From Podarcis vaucheri (taxonomy: Eukaryota), in the NCBI GenBank assembly GCA_965113315.1, contig OZ220363.1: a stretch of DNA of 64,000 nucleotides; one strand, written 5' to 3'. The notes beneath the pieces are model-generated. The model ran no database searches and was not told where the DNA came from. It worked only from the letters and a program-made list of their open reading frames with translations. Shown here piece after piece: positions 33,581 through 47,289 of the stretch. A program made the translations under genes and the position numbers. Numbering within the stretch: the first letter of the stretch is position 1; each line of letters begins with the position of its first letter.

Positions 33581-34911
33581 TGGAACAGTAGTGTTGGCTC
33601 CAAGACCAAGTGTCTTCTCCAGTTTAAATTAGGGTTTTGCAAATATATCCCACCCTTGTGGGTTGATTCAGAATGCATACAGAACCACAGATTGTATGCG
33701 GAACTTCCACATTCCCACTTATGCAGGGCTGTCAGGTATTTGTTATTTGAAAGGTCGCCCCCCCCCCTTTACAGAGTGTAACAGATGTTATTTAATTTCC
33801 AACATGCCTTGCTCTATAAAATTCAACAGAAAAGGCATTGCAGCTTTTACCTTTAAGGAAAATTAATCTGTTTGCCACTTTGACATATGAAGCAAATGTT
33901 CTTTGTTTTGGATATGAACAGCCAGAACCTCTGACTTTGCTGGACTGTGATCCATATACGTTACTCAGGACTCAGAAAGCCTGCCTGTGGATCATTGGTT
34001 GACCAACTTGGTGTAGAATTCAAACTTTAAACTCTTCTTGCTTTTTGCAGATTATACAAGTGCATTCAGAAATCTAGCTGTGCATCCAAATGCAATAACG
34101 GAGGAAGACTACAAAATGCTTGATTATTCAGGTTCAGTGCCACAAACAGAACCCACATGAAATGTTTGTATAATGGCAGAAAATGAATAGCTGTGGTATG
34201 AAATCAGTGGGCCACTATCACTGGGTGTGTGGCTGCAGTTTCATTTATTTATTTCTCAGTAGATTTCAGTGGGGTAAACTCCTGAACTGATACATTCCCC
34301 TGTGTCATTTCTAGAAATGTGACATGGAACTCCTTTTTTAGGTCCCAATGGATACAGCCACCAACAGTGGTAGGGAGCAGGAAAGGCAAGAAAAGAGCTG
34401 GCGGAATCCCCTTTTGCTGAAGCTGTTCTTTGACTTGCCAATCAAGTGGAGTGGAAGAAGAAGCCTTGTCCTTTCCCCCCTTCTAAAGCTTCTGGGCACA
34501 CTGCTAGATTTGAAGAGGTGTTTATAGATGGCTGCAATTATCCTCCTCACATAGACTGGGGACACGTATTCCAGTCAAGACAAAGAGGTAAAACTGTGCC
34601 CTAGAACAGTTGGTCATGGAATCAACCAGGAAGTATAGCTGTCTTAAGATTTATTTTTCTAAAAAAGAAGTATTTTCATAGTCATTAAAGAATTTAAAGC
34701 AGGCTTTGGAGCAGTGGTTTCTCATTCTGTATGCTTGTCAAGCTAGCAAAGTGGCAGTGCACTCAGACACCAGCGTGTGTTGAATTTTTCAGCTTTCAAA
34801 TTCCAAAAATGCAAGGTGCTTATTTTTTTGTAACATGACCTGGGAATACACAAGGTGTTTTGGTTAAACTACTGCAATTTAATTTTGCTTGGTACATAAA
34901 ACATGTGTAAA

Positions 34912-36877
34912 ATCAAGGCCTACCAAGTGGCGATAGCGACGGCGAATAAGAATTTCTTCACCGCCTCTATTGCATCTGCAGAAAACAGCAGGAGGAGACT
35001 TTTTCAGGTGGTTCACAATTTAGCGGAACCACCTGCAACAACGGGGCCCAGTATGGGCCACATGTTCTCCTGCAATGATTTTGCAAAGTTTTTTGCAGAT
35101 AAAATCACTCAGATTCAGGAAGAAGTAGACTCCACCGTGGGAGCAGGACCGGGGCGGGAGAGTGCTAGAGTCCTGTCAAGTCAAGTTGAGTGGGATCAAT
35201 TCCAATCTGTTACCTCCGAGGATGTGGACAGGCTGCTTGGACGCGTGAAACCAACCACCTGTCTCCTGGATCCTTGCCCATCCTGGCTTATAAAAGCTAG
35301 CCGGGAAGGACTGGGCGATGGGCTTCGTGGGGTGGTGAATGCTTCCCTCCGTGAGGGAGCCTTCCCAGACCCGCTGAAAGAGGCGGTTATTAAACCGCTT
35401 CTTAAAAAACCATCTTTAGATGCGGCCACGATGGCCAACTATCGCCCAGACTCAAATCTTCCATTCTTGGGCAAGGTGATTGAGCGAGCGGTTGCTGAAC
35501 AACTCCAGGCACGCCTGGAAGAAGCAGACCATTTGGATCCCTTCCAGTCGGGATTCAGGCCTTATCATGGGACTGAAACTGCCTTGGTCTCACTGGTTGA
35601 TGATCTCCGGCGGGCTAGGGACAAAGGTGAGAACTGTTTCCTAGTTCTGCTGGATCTCTCAGTGGCGTTCGATACCATCGACCATAGCATCCTTCTGGAC
35701 CGTCTTGAGGGGCTGGGAGCTGGGGGCACTGTCATACAGTGGTTCCGCTCCTTCCTCCTGGCCGGGTTCAGAAAGTGGTGGTGGGGCATGAGTGTTCAGA
35801 CCCCTGGGCTCTCACTTGTGGGGTGCCTCAGGGTTCTGTCCTCTCCCCCATGCTTTTCAACATCTACATGCAGCCGCTGGGAGAGATCATCAGGGGATTT
35901 GGGCTGGGTGTTCATCTGTATGCGGATGATACCCAGCTCTACCTCTCTTTTAAATCAGAACCAGTGAAGACAGTGAAGGTCCTGTGTGAGTGTCTGGAGG
36001 CGGTTGGAGGATGGATGGCGGCTAACAGATTGAGGTTGAATCCTGACAAGACAGAAGTACTGTTTCTGGGGGACAGGAGGCGGGCAGGTGTGGAGGATTC
36101 CCTGGTCCTGAATGGGGTAACTGTGCCCCTGAAGGACCAGGTGCGCAGCCTGTGAGTCATTTTGGACTCACAGATGTCCATAGAGGCACAGGTCAAATCT
36201 GTGTCCAGGGCAGCTGTTTACCAGCTCCATCTGGTACGTAGGCTGAGACCCTATCTGCCTGCGGACTGTCTCGCCAGTGGTGCATGCTCTGGTTATCTCC
36301 CGCTTGGACTACTGCAATGCACTCTACGTGGGGCTACCTGTGAAGGTGACCCGGAAACTACAACTAATCCAGAATGCGGCAGCTAGACTGGTGACTGGGG
36401 GCGGCCGCCGAGATCATATAACACCGGTCTTGAAAGACCTACATTGGCTCCCAGTATGTTTCCAAGCACAATTCAAAGTGTTGGTGCTGACCTTTAAAGC
36501 CCTAAACGGCTTCGGCCCAGTATACCTAAAGGAGCATCTCCACCCCCATCGTTATGCCCGGACGCTGAGGTCCAGCGCCGAGGGCCTTCTGGCGGTTCCC
36601 TCATTGCGAGAAGCAAAGCTACAGGGAACCAGGCAGAGGGCCTTCTCGGTAGTGGCTCCCGCCCTGGGGAGCGCCCTTCCAGCAGATGTCAAAGCGATAA
36701 ACAACCACCTGACATTCAGGAGACATCTTAAGGCAGCCCTGTTCAGGGAAGTTTTTAACGTGTGATATTTTACTGTATTTTTGGTTTCTATGGAAGCCGC
36801 CCAGAGTGGCTGGGGAGGCCCAGCCAAATGGGCGGGGTATAAATAATAAATTATTATTATTATTATTATTATTATTA
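34912..36877 (+). mobile_element. 5'-truncated L2-clade LINE with frameshifted reverse transcriptase
   Basis: PLLKKPSLD..NYRP.SNLPFLGK, QSGFRPYHGTETAL, LLDLSVAFDTIDH, GVPQGSVLSP, YADDTQLY, SRLDYCN, LHWLPV spread over several frames; (TTA)n tail. Confidence 0.92.
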
Positions 36878-37839
36878 AATAGAAATCATTACAAATGGTT
36901 GCCAGGTACTTGAAGTTATACATCATCATCATTATTTAGCATTACCTGACATTTTCAGAAGGGAAAATTAAAATGCTTTGGTTTTCCAAAAGCAGTTTAT
37001 ATGCTTCTTCATCAAACGTAGACATACCAAGCTAAATGTTGTTCAGTCACAAAAACAGTAGCAAATTTGAATTCCTCACCTCCAAAAATCACAGTTTAAA
37101 GACCACTCACTAAAGAAATGTGCAAAAACCAAGCTTCACTCCTTAAAATTGCATGCCCTAGATGGCCATCCTGGCCACCTGTTCATCTTTATACCTTTCC
37201 TGCCTATAGTGTCTCTTAGAATCAAGAGCTGTTTTGATGTAGTTACTAGACACTTCTGCTACTGAGAACTTAATTAGTGTTCAGTGTTCCTATGTAAATA
37301 AATGGAGGAAGGGACAAGAGAACCTCCATAGTATCTGACTGTCATAACTAGAAATTACCATGAAATTTACCACAGCTTCTTAAGATCTCTCCATTTTTAA
37401 CCATCATTATTTCAACAAACCCCAAATCATTATTAAGAGTGTAGCAGTCAGTTGCATCACACTCTATTCCCACTCGTACCAGCAGTGCGCTGTTAAATCA
37501 TAACAAACTTTTTCCATATTCTTGTGAAAATACATCTTCCTGTTGCATAAAATATTGTTAAATAGCTCTGGGCACAAGCCAGACAATGCTTGCCAAGACT
37601 GAGTTTATGTGAAAGCAATGGAATGGAACGTATTTGTGACTAAGATTGCAGTGCAACCCTATCACAGGTACCTAGGAGAAAGTTACACTGAACTCAGTAG
37701 GACTAACTTTTGGGTAAACAGTATAAAATTGCAGTGCATCTTCTTTCATTGCAACTTATTAGTGACTAATTTTTGGATTGTGTCTAAAGTGATTGGTATT
37801 TAAAGAGCCAGTTGTTGTTTTTTATATATCCAAAGAAAT

Positions 37840-38327
37840 TGTCAGGGACTGGGCAGAGGAGGAATGGGGGAGACCGCCTCTCCAGCCTGACCCTTCCAGA
37901 GAAGAGATAGACAGTTCAGAATTACAACAGGGGTTTGAGGGAGGTCACAGGTCAGAGGCAGAGGAGAGGAAGCTGGGAAATAATGGGAGAGGAGGAGGAG
38001 GAGGAAGCACCAGGGGGGGTGACAGCTGACGGACTCAGTGTCTTTAGAAAGCATTCCAGACCCCCCTCCCAGAACCTGGCGGGCCTTGAAAGTAGGAGAG
38101 TAAAGAGCTCAGAGACAGAGGGCACATTTCACTTCTTCACTTCACCCGTAGTGATGACTCATGAAGAAGTGGGAGAGATTCACTAGGGACAACGTCATTA
38201 TTCTGAGAGGCTGCATTCCCAAGCCTCTTTCTGTGAATACTGAATAAAAGCAGATGGTAAGGACTTTTCCTTGTCTTGTCTGTTCCTGGCAACCTGCCAT
38301 GGGGGTTGGCTCCTCTGCCGCCTGACA
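37840..38327 (+). mobile_element. Solo LTR (Gypsy-like)
   Basis: TGTCAGG...CCTGACA inverted termini, perfect 5-bp target-site duplication GAAAT, AATAAA near 38243. Confidence 0.85.
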
Positions 38328-38815
38328 GAAATCTACTGTTCTGCTCCAGATGAAAAACATATTCTTTATTGCACAACTCTAGTTTCAGCATTGAGTACAG
38401 TGAGCCCACAACTCACGCAGGGCTTATGGTCCAACGTGTGCCTAAAGCCAAAATCGTGTATAGTCAAAGCACACTGGATTCAATGGCGGATGGGATTGCC
38501 AAAGGCCCTTTTTCAGAAACCCTCCACCCTGATTTCCACCCCCCTTTTTCCTTTCTTTTTTTGCAACACACATAAAGCTGAATATGCACAAGCTAAATGT
38601 GTGTAAGTTGAAGGCTTACTGTATCACATTAATTGCTTGCAGAATTGAAGCATTAGATGACAAAACTCCAGAGCTATTCAGATTTGAAATTGTTTCCCAG
38701 TTATGACACCACTTTGAATGTTGCCATATTTGATAACCTTTTTGAAGCACTAGCCAGTTCAGGTTAGGAAAGGGCACTATTCTCTCTCTCTCTCCCCCTC
38801 CCTACGTATATGCAT

Positions 38816-39272
38816 TGTTGTTGTTTAGTCATTTAGTCGTGTCCGACTCTTCGTGACCCCCTGGACCAGAGCACGCCAGGCACTCCTGTCTTCCCCTGCC
38901 TCCCGCAGTTTAGTCAAACTCATGCTGGTAGCTTCGAGAACACTATCCAACCATCTCGTCCTCTGTCGTCTCCTTCTCCTTGTGCCCTCCATCTTTCCCA
39001 ACATCAGGGTCTTTTCCAGGGAGTCTTCTCTTCTCATGAGGTGGCCAAAGTATTGGAGCCTCAGCTTCAGGATCTGTCCTTCCAGTGAGCACTCAGGGCT
39101 GATTTCCTTAACAATGGATAGGTTTGATCTTCCTGCAGTCCATGGGACTCTCAAGAGTCTCCTCCAGCACCATAATTCAAAAGCATCCATTCGTCGGCGA
39201 TCAGCCTTCTTTATGCTCCAGTTTTCACTTCCATACATCACTACTGGGAAAACCATAGCTTTAACTATACGT
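38816..39272 (-). mobile_element. BovB/RTE LINE 3' fragment
   Basis: VKAMVFPVVMYGSENW...AFELWCWRRLLRVPWTA...LQYFGHLMRREDSLEKTLMLGK; (CAA)n tail; flanks TACGTA(T/C)ATGCAT. Confidence 0.92.
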
Positions 39273-40078
39273 ACATGCATACATACACAATGTACTTAAA
39301 GGGAGAGGTTCATAGAAGAGCCAATTATTAAATCTTGAAGTGCTGAGAATTGATTTCCAAGCAAATGAAAAAGGAATGCTATGGAAACCCCACTTTTATG
39401 ATTCTTGTTTAGTTTTATAATTGAAAACACATGGCTGGCCATCTGGCTATCCAAGAATCAAAGGATTTGCACTTAACAGTAATTTACTTGCCCTGAGACT
39501 TGTATGATCCCTACATGTGTTTTCTCCTCATCTTTAATATGTGTGGTCTTCACATGCAAAATGCAACAACTGAAACACTATCCAGACAGGTTACGGTGGC
39601 TGATTACAGAGCAGAACCAAGCGGCAATTTCCTCGTGAGGTATTTGGAAAATTCTCAGTGCCGGGTTTTATTTTCTGTTTGGATTTCTCATCCCCTCAGA
39701 TAAATATTGGAACCGGCTTTGAGTAAATAATACCTTGGCACTGGTAATACAACTCACTACAGCCATTTAAGACCTGCTTTTCTGTGATGACTACACTTCA
39801 GAGCAGAAAATGGTAAATCAGGAAGTAACTTACTGAATCCTGTCCCCCCCCCATATACAGTCATAAAAGAAGTCTTATAGCAATTAAAGGAAACATGAGG
39901 TCGTTCTCCCCTCATGTGATTACAATTGCAGGAGGAGTGGGGCTGCCCCCCACAAACTGGTGCAGGGCAGAAAGATCCGAAGCAGGGAGTCTCAGGAGCC
40001 CTACCGGTTGGAGGGGATTGGCTACAGGGTTGAGAATGCTGCACAACTAGAGTTGTGTGCAAGAGGCTCCCCATTTCT

Positions 40079-40980
40079 AATTAATGAATGTTAGAATGAT
40101 GTTGGATAGAAATTACCGTATTTTTCGCCCTATAGGACGCACTTTTTCCCCACCAAAAATGAAGGGGAAATCTGGGTGCGTCCTATGGGGTGAATGCAGG
40201 CTTTTGCTGAAGCTTGGAGAGCGAGGGGGGTCGGTGCGCACCAACCCCTCTCACTCTCCAGGCTTCAGGAAGGCATCCGCAGCCTAGGCAGCCCTACGGG
40301 AGGTCTGGCAGGGATGTCTAGGCTGCGGATAGCAGCCTGCTGCCTGGCGCGAGGGGCGCCCTGAAGCAGAGCGCCCCTCGTGCCGGGCAGACATCCGCAG
40401 CGTGTGGAACCTTGCAGGAGTTCCCCGCAAGGCTCCCCATGCTGCGGATAGCAGCCTGCCGCCCCGCAGGGGGGGGGCGCCCTGATGCAGAGCGCGCCTC
40501 GCGCGGGGCACACATTGGCCAGCCCCACAAGCTCGGGGGACAGCAGGGAGGCGCAGTGCCGCCATCCTGCTGTTCCTCGACCTGGTTCGGTTTCCCCGAC
40601 CTGCTTTTGGGGGGGGAAATAAAGGGAAATTTCCCCCCTTTATTTCCCCCCCAAAAAACTAGGTGCGTCCTATGGGACGGAGCGTCCTATGGGACGAAAA
40701 ATACGGTAAGTGGTTTCTAGCTGTAATGCTTTAAGAGAATATGAAACAAAGGTCTATAAATGGGTAAAAGATTAATGGTAAGGATTTGCTGAACTAATAA
40801 ATTTAAGTGGAATACAAAAAAGGGAGGTATGAGGAGGTCCGGGGAAATAAGCTTAAGGAAAATGAGAAACGGAAAATTAATGTGTTTTTAACTGTTTTTA
40901 TTTTGCATTTTCTTTTTATTTTTCCATTTTTATTGTAATGTCTGAAAAAATCTTAATAAATATCTTATATATAAAAAAAA
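40079..40980 (+). mobile_element. L1-clade 3'UTR fragment interrupted by a MITE
   Basis: 18-bp duplication AAGAGGCTCCCCATTTCT at 40061 and 40979; similar to the 8608-9020 L1 3'UTR; AATAAA and A-tail. Confidence 0.8.
40116..40706. mobile_element. Pogo/Tigger-like MITE, family D (CpG-rich interior)
   Basis: TIR CCGTATTTTTCGCCCTATAGGACGC / GCGTCCTATGGGACGAAAAATACGG, TA flanks. Confidence 0.9.
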
Positions 40981-42785
40981 GAGGCTCCCCATTTCTGCCT
41001 TTCCACGTCAACAAGTGGATGAGGGTGACAGGCCAGCCAAGACACAAAAGTTGGGTGAGACCACTGAGCCCGGCCCCTTTCCTCCCTCGTGGGGTAACAG
41101 TCACGTTTCACTCTTCTGTTGTAAGGACATGGCTTCTCTCATAAATCGGTTAACTGCCATAACCATTTAGGCTGTGTTTGGCTAGATGGGTTAGAAGCTG
41201 TGGAAGCCTGTCCTACTGTTCTTTTGTAATACTTTTTGGTAAAGGATCACTGTTTTCTCCAGATAAATGGTGCATTGATAATGCACCTTAAATTGGATGA
41301 CCGGCATGTAAGCACATTCAGGTAACATTGACCTGGCCGTCATTGTACAGGCTTTGTGTTGTTCTTGAGGATTCTGTACTCCACTTGCCATCCATCAGGA
41401 AGACTCAGCCTTCTGGAGTCTGTCTTAGTGGTAGTGCTCACACGACTGAACTGACTGGTCCTTTTTAATTTTATGATGGGTTAAAACATTTTATTTTTTA
41501 TTTCAACAGTCTCAGACTTCTTGTCTGATCATTCTGGGTTTGCAGCACATGACAGATTGCATTGTATGTGCTCTTTTGTGGATTTCTTTGGGGGAGATTG
41601 GCTTTAATTCTTTTTTGAAGCTGCTTTTTGCCATCATTTTACAACAATAAATTTGGGGAACAAATGGAATAAATAAACACAAGCTTTCAAAAACCGCCAC
41701 CCCCCTGCTGGGCTACTCATATTTAATGCCCTCTTTTATCCAATGAACATAACATTGCTAACACTTTACAACTTAATAATAGTAATATCATTCTTAGGAG
41801 TGCAGATGAGGAATATGAGAAGAATTATTCTTAAATGCCCCCAAGGCATGTCTTTGAGAAGGCCATATATTTGTACAAACAAGAGAGAACAAATAAAACT
41901 GCTTCACTCAGTTCTTTGGGGAAACATTTGGTTCCTGCAAGTTTCATTTTATTACTGACACTTCTTATTCTTTCACTTTATCAAAGGACAGAAATGTATT
42001 TTTGCTCACCAGGGCCATTTGGAGCGCTCCTTGATACATCCTTTGAGTTATTTACTTACCATCGTGGAGAACTTCATGAAATGCACTAGTTCATTTCCTC
42101 AAGCTCCCTCAGGGGATGGATGCTACATGTTCAGTCTGTAATGTAAACAGGTATTTAATTACACATTTTATACAATAAAATCTCCACATCTCAAATTCGC
42201 AGGTCAAGACACAAATAGGACATTCAATCCAAAAACTTCACAGTGGAGGAGGGCAGATAGCAGGCTTATACAAACAAAGGCTGCAATCTTGCATGTGTAT
42301 CTAAGTGCAGGAATCCAGCAAAAAATTACACCCCTATACAGATATACATAAAAGTGAATCCCTCTGAAATCAGTGAGACGTTTGGAGAGAAGCGTGAGAT
42401 TATCAGAGCAAGCCCATGCATATTTATTCAGAAGTGCCACAGTGTTGAATGGGACTTACTCCCTAGTAAATTCCTTTGGGATTGCAGCCTAAAGTGATTA
42501 TTTGAACAAGAAATACATTCAGATGATAACCCATAGAGCTCTTAAGTTGTAGGAGTTGCTCAAAAACAAAATCTGCTGTGGAAATTTAATTTTCAAAACA
42601 TATGTCACAATTTGTCAACCATTTTACGTTTCAGTGGGGTGGGTGCAGGGAGGACTTCCATTACAGGAGGCAAGTTTCAATGCAAGAGGCAGCTCATTTG
42701 GGGAACACATTCTGTGATTACTTTTCCTAAATCCTAAAATACTAGATGAGGTCTGAAACTTGGGGTGGTTGGCAACCCTCCCTTC

Positions 42786-43064
42786 AAGAAGAAGAAGAAG
42801 AAGAAGAAGAAGAAGAAGAAGAAGAGTAGTAGTAGTTGTAGTTTGGATTTGATATCCTGCCTTTCACTCCCTTTAAGGAGTCTCAAAGCAGCTAACAATC
42901 TCCTTTCCCTTCCTCCCCCACAAGAAACACTCTGTGAGGTGAGTGGGGCTGAGAGACTTCAGAGAAGTGTGACTGGCCCAAGGTCACCCAGCAGCTGCAT
43001 GTGGAGGAGCGGAGACGCCAGATTACGAGACTACCGCTCTTAACCACTACACCACACTGGCTCT
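42786..43064 (-). mobile_element. Squam3-like SINE with (CTT)n/(CTA)n tail
   Basis: Same family as 13727-13968. Confidence 0.85.
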
Positions 43065-43163
43065 CCTACCACACTGGCTGCCTACCACACTGGTGACATT
43101 ACCTTTTCTAGCAAAACATAAAATATATATTGCTCTGAATTCCACAAATCAGTTATCCCTCAC

Positions 43164-44050
43164 TGTGAAGGACCATGCCCTGGGAGTGTAAGAGTGGCCT
43201 CAGAAGTTTTGCTGGCTAGGTGCCTGAGCTCCCTATCCATTTGGGTAAACCACAGCAGGCCTAAGACATTTTGGCACCAGAGGCAAACCACAAAATGGTG
43301 CCACCCTCTCCGCAAGGGGAGAAGAGGAGAGTGATGATCTACAACAAGAACAAGGGGGAAATAAAAATCTACATCAGGACCCGCTGCCCTGTGGATCCTG
43401 CTGCCCGAGGCAGTTGCCTCACTATGCCTCGTGGGTGGGGCGGCCCTAGACTGAACAAAAGGAAGGGGCTCCCTGTGGGATGTAAACGCAGGAGCAGTCA
43501 ATGACAACATTCCTAGAGTGTACATGTTAGAACATGGGGAGGGATGTCTGTCCAGCAAGCAGGTAAACTTCCTGGGGACGGACTTCCTCCGCATGTGACC
43601 AGAGGTGGGTGTGGCCTCACCTGTGCAGGTAAATGACAAAAGCACAGGGCAGGCAGCCATCTCTCTCTCTCTGCCATTTTCCTTCGATGAGGAAGCATCT
43701 AAAGATGCCCTCTTGGCTCTCAGCCAAGAGAGGAGATAAGGTCTATCTTGCAACAAGATAGATTCTAAATATATGTAACCTTTTTAAGCTGTCTGCCTTC
43801 TGGGATCATATTGTGAACAGAACGCGAGTAAACTCTTTTATACTTTTATAAAGACTGTGTCGTGTCTTGTATTTTAAGAGGGAACAAAGGGGGAAATTAC
43901 CAGAGTAATTATTATAGAGGTTCTAGCGAACCTGTGCACACGTTACCGTTGCGAACTAAAAGGGGAATGTCTATAAACTCTGCTGATATTTTGGGAACTT
44001 GTTAGCACAAGTTGGATAAGGATATAATTAGTCAATATATCCTCTCCTGC
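43164..44050 (+). mobile_element. Possible LTR/ERV-derived segment containing a small hAT-like insert (about 43375-43450)
   Basis: Starts TGTGAAGG; AGTAAA and ATAAAG signals near 43830-43850; right boundary and target-site duplication not found. Confidence 0.3.
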
Positions 44051-44309
44051 ACCCCAGAACATTCCCACACTCCCTGACCTACAACATGTGTTTCCAGAGT
44101 TTCCAGTGCTGAGCTCTCTTAGATCCAAAGTGTATGTAGGGATGAGATTCTTGTAATTGGCCCACTGGCTTGAAGTGGGAGCCCAATGGCAGTCTAACCT
44201 CCTTACATGAGGAAGTGTGCCTTCTGTTTCTGTTTTTGAGCTGTCGTCCTTGCTTTGCATGTCAAGGTCCCCAGGGCCACCTCAATAACTCACACATCAC
44301 TCAGAATTT

Positions 44310-45050
44310 TTTGTTTAAGGTTTTTGGCATAATTTTGGCCTCAACTTTATTAAAATACAAAAATGTGAATGGTTGCTTAGGCATTGGTTGGGACTATCTG
44401 CCCCCACCATGGGGGACAGACTGACATTCCGCACGATGCGAAAGTCAGAAAAGGGGAATACACTTGGGGGTAGCGATGGAGCAGGGAACCTGCCCTCAGC
44501 CCTCCCCAAATGCAACCAGGGGCTCTTGCAATGGCCCGAGCCCCCTTGACAGAGTGGACAAGCAATAGTTAGCCCCCAATTCCTTTAACGGAATCCCTTG
44601 CAGCAGCAGCATTAGAGGGGCAGGCACAGCCAATCCATGCCCCTCAACCAACCAAACCATAAACCAATGCCTAACCGCAACCTTACAAGTTGTGACGATT
44701 TGCTATGCAGTAGACAAAAACCAAATGGCCCCAGCCAATCAGCCAGATGGACAAAATTCCTACTGGGCCCCTGCCCCAAAGCAGACGACCCCATGACAGG
44801 CATAGCAAGGTCAAAGCGAACAACCCTAATTCTAGGGAGGGGGGGGACGGGCAATCTGATGCACGGGCAAAAAGAGGAAGCCCTAGCCTCGTGCAAGGAG
44901 TTTTAGCATTTCTGTCTGTCAATCAACAAATGGCAACATTAACTTCTTCCCAACAACAAGGGAAGCCCCAATCGCATCAGTGGCCAACGATCAATTAGGC
45001 CGCCCCCAACTTTGGAGTGTCCTGGTGGCCCCCACCGCAACACGTGCTCT
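44310..45050 (-). mobile_element. Ngaro-like terminal-repeat remnant
   Basis: GGCCTCAACTTTATT (minus-strand AATAAAGTTGAGGCC); TTAGGCATTGG inverted pair as in 12956-13173; structured motif at 44694-44812; boundaries approximate. Confidence 0.65.
44694..44812 (-). ncRNA. Putative structured RNA element, copy 3
   Basis: Minus strand GACCTTGCTATG...CAGTAGG-AATTTTGT-CCATCTGGC-TGATTGGCTGGG-GCCATTTGG-TTTTTG-TCTACTG-CATAGCAA. Confidence 0.55.
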
Positions 45051-45334
45051 CCATGAAGGAGAACACACTTTCTCATTCTCTCCTTTCTGTTGTCTGCTGC
45101 ACACTCTGGGCCTTATCCGGCCAGGCCTGGTTTCTCCCCTCCCCACTTCTACATGAGAAGGACCTCAAGATCCTCTTTGGTGGGGGCTTGGGAGGTTATA
45201 TAGTGGCACTGAGGCACTTCTGGCCAGCCAGTTATAGCCTCACAGCCATAGGAAGGGCAACAGCGGTGCAGCTCCTCTGTGATAGTCTTCTTTCTGCCTT
45301 TTATGTTTTATTTCTTCTGCTTAAGGTGGCCGTA

Positions 45335-45681
45335 GCGGACGCGGTTGGCGCTGTGGGTTAAACCACAGAGCCTAGGACTTGCCGATCAGAAAGTTGGTGG
45401 TTCGAATCCCTGCACCGGGGTGAGCTCCTGTCGCTTGGTCCCTGCTCCTGCCAACCTAGCAGTGCGAAAGCACGAAGTGCAAGTAGATAAATAGGTAACA
45501 CTCCAGCAGGAAGGTAAACGGCATTTTCATGTGCTGCTCTGGTTCGCCAGAAGCGGCTTAGTCATGCCGGCCACAAGACCCAGAAGCTGTACGCCGGCTC
45601 CCTCGGCCAATAAAGCAAGATGAGTGTCGCAACCCCAGAGTCGGCCACGACTGGACCAAATGGTCAGGGGTCCCTTTACCT
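45335..45681 (+). mobile_element. Sauria SINE
   Basis: Family sequence; 14-bp target-site duplication TTAAGGTGGCCGTA. Confidence 0.92.
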
Positions 45682-45929
45682 TTAAGGTGGCCGTATGTCC
45701 TACTTTATAGAGGACAATCCTCTGTTTGAAGAAGTCTTCTGTCTGAAGCAATATCTGCTCCAAGTCTGGTTTAAAGATAAAGAACAACTGGAAAGGAGAC
45801 CCGAGGCTGCCTATCAGCACATAAATCTGCATGCAAATTTTACACACATCTAAGTTTTCTAGAGCAGCAACAAAGTAATTAAATTGATGGGGGGAAGGAT
45901 GGGACAAAGGATTTGGCAGCCTATGATGG

Positions 45930-46575
45930 AAAGAGAGGGAGGAAAGGAGAAGGGATTTGATTTCTTCTTTGGCTTGGATTAAAATCTGAGATGAGAAAGA
46001 ACTTTTGGGATTCTGATACTATAATATTTGTCACAAGCAACAGGAGCCACCAAGATTCATATTTACAGGCTAGGAAATATGAAACTTGAGGACATCATTT
46101 AGAAAACTCCCCGTCATCTTTGCCACTTCGAGGTATTCAATCATAAGAGCCTGCCACTCTATGATGACAGGGAAAGTAAGAGGGCTCTCAAACCAGAAAG
46201 TATACAAAAAATGGAAAATATTCAAAGATTACCTAAAAAATTTGTTCAAATAACAATCTCCTTGCTGAACTAAATTGATCTTTGTAAAATACAATGTGTA
46301 AATGTTAATTTACTAGAGTACATGAAAACAAATCAGGGTAATAGGAGGCTGTGCGTTAAACGTAAATAACAATACAAGTACAATAAGAAGAACTGGAAGT
46401 CTTTTATTTAGAAATTCAATGCATGATTGTATAATATTGCAAATTCTTTTTGTGTGTGTGTTTTCTTTCTTTCTTTTTCTTTTTTTGTCTTAATCTTTTC
46501 TTTTTTTATCTCAAGGTATGTATATATATTTGTATTTTAATTCAATAAAGATGATTTAAAAAGAAAAGAAAAAGA
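45930..46575 (+). mobile_element. Old L1-clade 3' fragment
   Basis: Degenerate ORF2 end (VTSNRSH/ARI-like, MMTGK, KKWKIFKDYL), T-rich 3'UTR, AATAAA and A-tail. Confidence 0.55.
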
Positions 46576-47289
46576 AAACTCCTGTTTCTCAAAATCTGTT
46601 TTTGTCCAGCAAAATCTTTAAAAAATTGTATTATGTTACAAATTTTGTGTTCTTACATTGTAACCCACTCTGTGATTCTTGGATGAAGGGCGGTATATAC
46701 AGTAAATAAAATGAATGAATGAATGAATGACCTAAATTCTGATTTCTACATTTCGGTGTCACACAGAACAGCTCATTCTGTCAGTTTCCGCATTAAAGAA
46801 AAGAAAGTCGGATCTACAAATGTTTGCAGACAAGAGCCCAGGTCCCTTCTAAGGGTCATAATCTCCAAGGCTGCGTGACATAGGAAATTTGGCAGGTATC
46901 ACAAGTACCACATATTTGCTGAGAAAAGCCTCCAGTGGTGGAACACTGCATGCAGGGAAAGAGGCGTGTGCCTGAGCAGGAGGAATGCGTAAGGAGAAGG
47001 AATCTGTGGAATGCGAACCTCTGTTGCTGCAACTCGTTTTTCTTGACTTAAGTGAAGAAGTGAAAGGTAGATAAGCAAAGCAATGTGAAACTAAGGCTGT
47101 AATCCAGTGATGCTTACATGATTTTGCTGCAGCAGACAGGGCTACCCCTCTGGAAATGGTTGCTTCAAAGTAAGCACCATTGAGCAAAGGGAGCTTCTGA
47201 GCAAGCATGTATGCATGGGAATAGACTCTTCACTGTCTTTTGGGTTGTTCTTGAACTTTATATCCTTCTGGACTGGACTGTGAGGTAGA

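Noticed and set aside
34903-36765. Active reverse transcriptase gene
   Set aside because: 5'-truncated (no endonuclease) and broken by frameshifts and a stop; an ordinary L2 copy
40200-40600. CpG island or promoter
   Set aside because: CpG richness is confined to the interior of a young MITE
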